Source: Eledone cirrhosa
Taxonomy: Eukaryota
DNA length: 64,000 bases
Assembly: GCA_964016885.1 (NCBI GenBank)
Contig: OZ024744.1
Location: 57,288,001-57,352,000 of the forward strand
Reading direction: 5' to 3'
Below, piece after piece: positions 62,900 to 64,000 of this stretch (position 1 is its first letter; the number at the start of each line of letters is the position of its first letter). A model generated the notes under the pieces. That model saw only the letters and a list, made by a program, of their open reading frames with translations. It ran no database searches and was not told where the DNA came from. Made by a program: the position numbers and the translations under genes.

Positions 62900-64000
62900 G
62901 TGTGGGTTTTAACAATGGGTATTCCCCAAGAGGGTGGAGACATCTCTGGGCTACTCATGGAAATTAAACCATGGTTGCTCTGACCACTAGGGAAACTGCC
63001 TTCTCTCAGTTCTTCAGCTCTGATTTACAAGTATATATTCAGGGCAGGCCTGTTCACTCAGAATATGCTTAATATTCTCATTCACATTTCAACAAAATGG
63101 CTGGAAGGCAATACTTCCCACACCACCCTGATTTTTCTCTTTAAGTGAAACTTAAAAAAGTTGGTGAGGGATTCTCCAAAGAGGAAAGTGTTTGTTTTTA
63201 AGCCCTTCAATCATGTCTACCATACAACCTCTTTTGTCATGACCACTAAGCAGGTAAAAACTGCTTGCCCTTCTCAGTTAAAGGAAGGTGACAAGGCAAT
63301 CTTCACAATAGATTCAGTTGATAGCCAGATCTGTCCTACATGTGACTGGTTGGAAGGTAGCACTTCTATCTCCACTCTGATTTTATTCTTCATATAAACA
63401 TTGAAAATGTTAATCAGGGCTTTGCCAAAAAGATAAGTGCTTTTGCCCAACCCTTTCAAGTATGTTCATCACATGATCTCTTTCACTATAGCCACCATGC
63501 AGATAAAAACTGCCTACCCTTCCTGGCTAAAGTAAGACAGCAGGACGATTTCATGATGGACACAATTGATAGCTGCATCCATCCTACACATGACAGCATG
63601 TGTTCCAGCTATGGTTGGACACTGGATGAGTGAATGCAGGACAGTTTCGCACCCTGCATACATCTTGGACAGGCATGCTTGTAGAGTTTATCTCAAACTG
63701 GCAATGGTCCATGGTAGCACTGCCAGGTGAGGGATTTTGGGAAGTTATCTATTGTTCCTATATGTAGCTAGTTGATTTTCGTCGATGCCCAGAGACTCCC
63801 TAAGAATGTTGGTGCTTTTGCCCACCACTAACCCTATATAAAACACCATGAAATTTCCAATGATCCTTCTTCATGATTACTTGAGTGCTGTGAGCACAAC
63901 TTGATCTTCGTTTGACCTATGACTGCACTTCAGTCAAGGAGACAATCTGGAGAAATGGCTAGTAAATGGCAACAATACTTGTTCACCATCAAAGAAAAGT
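62900..64000 (-). mobile_element. L1/Tx1-like LINE 3' remnant
   Basis: CPRC..ETVLHSLIQCP zinc-binding motif; the C-terminal ..KIRV(E/V).EVLP segment is present twice. Confidence 0.65.

Overview
AT-rich animal genomic DNA. It is most likely cephalopod/octopus-like, inferred from the TE repertoire and microsatellite load. The window is almost entirely repeats and transposon debris, and no host protein-coding gene can be confidently called. Contents: a 13.8-kb compound GGT/GTT higher-order repeat; many RTE LINE copies and 3' tails; two Penelope-like (Neptune-type RT + GIY-YIG) retroelements plus fragments; non-autonomous Helitrons, one carrying a 2-kb minisatellite and one a RepHel fragment; remnants of Gypsy, R4/Dong-type, CRE-type, CR1 and L1/Tx1 elements; two tRNA-derived SINE families; hAT and piggyBac-type MITEs; several minisatellites. 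The most notable signals are small RNA structures at Penelope-associated termini. One is an intact minimal type I hammerhead ribozyme inside a 257-bp near-perfect palindrome (36356-36418), with degenerate relatives nearby. The other is a two-copy hammerhead-shaped motif with a non-canonical CAGAAGA core (32021-32071, 37645-37695). All folds and alignments were done by eye, and element boundaries are approximate.
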